Positions 63,601 through 64,000 of a DNA stretch of 64,000 nucleotides are shown in pieces; the first letter of the stretch is position 1; each line of letters opens with the position of its first letter. This stretch comes from Sphagnum compactum (lineage: Eukaryota), in the NCBI GenBank assembly GCA_965153455.1, contig OZ234493.1, forward strand, positions 30,618,213 through 30,682,212, read 5' to 3'. A model generated the notes under the pieces. That model was not told the DNA's origin. It ran no database searches and saw only the letters and a list, made by a program, of their open reading frames with translations. Both the position numbers and the translations under genes were made by a program.

Positions 63601-64000
63601 CCACTAACACACCACTTGTGAAGTTTGATCCCTTGATTTTTAGAATGGAAACAAACACCCCTACCATCAAACCACCTCACTTGTTGCAAAAAATGTTACA
63701 TTACATTCTATTTATCAAATACTTCGTTTTGAACATTACAAAAACATAAACTTTGAAAATTCATATTTTATTGAGATTTTGTCCAAACGAAATTATTCGA
63801 ATTTACTTTTTAAAAAAATTCATTAATGTACATAATTACATTTATTTCCTTTTGAAAGTGTAAAATCATTTGAATAATTTTGTTTGAATATCACTATTCA
63901 ATAACATTCCAATGACCATTTTTTTGAAAAAGAGAATGTTTAATAAATGGATAAGATTTTTGCTAATATAATAATATTACCTATGTTAAAATTATTTTTA
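60657..64000 (-). mobile_element. Decayed hAT transposon with BED-finger transposase remnant (~63270-61100); probably continues beyond the window
   Basis: CAGTGTC terminus at 60657. SLVWAFF...MRCMLCH (BED-like), HNMCTLQPNPRFK, and PLQWCKDHAKQFPNVAFLGRQFLGILGFQIEIERIS...LGMENLDKLV (hAT dimerization domain). Confidence 0.82.
60994..61209. repeat. 108-bp tandem duplication at the 3' end of the hAT transposase
   Basis: ACTTCATTACTTT.CATCTTTAAA.TACCTAGCATC...TCAAAGTCATCTAGTAGCTCCT...AAGAGAGCAATA at 60994 and 61102. Confidence 0.88.

Overview
AT-rich, transposon-dense nuclear DNA from a land plant. MIR536 and the repeat style suggest a bryophyte, plausibly Sphagnum (inference). Host genes: the last coding exon of an At2g17705/At4g08330-family CxxC protein (867-1233); two convergent MIR536 microRNA genes (+ strand 20.75-21.31 kb; - strand 32.55-31.95 kb); and a 4-exon external type II NAD(P)H dehydrogenase (NDB) gene on the - strand (56302-59297) disabled by a frameshift, a premature stop and CpG/CHG-type transitions. 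The MIR536 pair is the highlight: miRNA and miRNA* arms are over 500 nt apart, show a compensatory base-pair change, and enclose loops with shared motifs and candidate splice sites. The rest is decayed mobile DNA: two hAT transposases, a PIF/Harbinger element, a structurally complete non-autonomous Helitron, MITEs with identifiable TSDs, and two decayed TE-embedded genes (three tandem FCP1/HAD-like domains; coiled-coil plus RING-H2). Tandem repeats of 86, 115 and ~213 bp lie upstream of the two MIR genes and the NDB gene. All calls were made by eye from the sequence and recalled family motifs; no searches were run.
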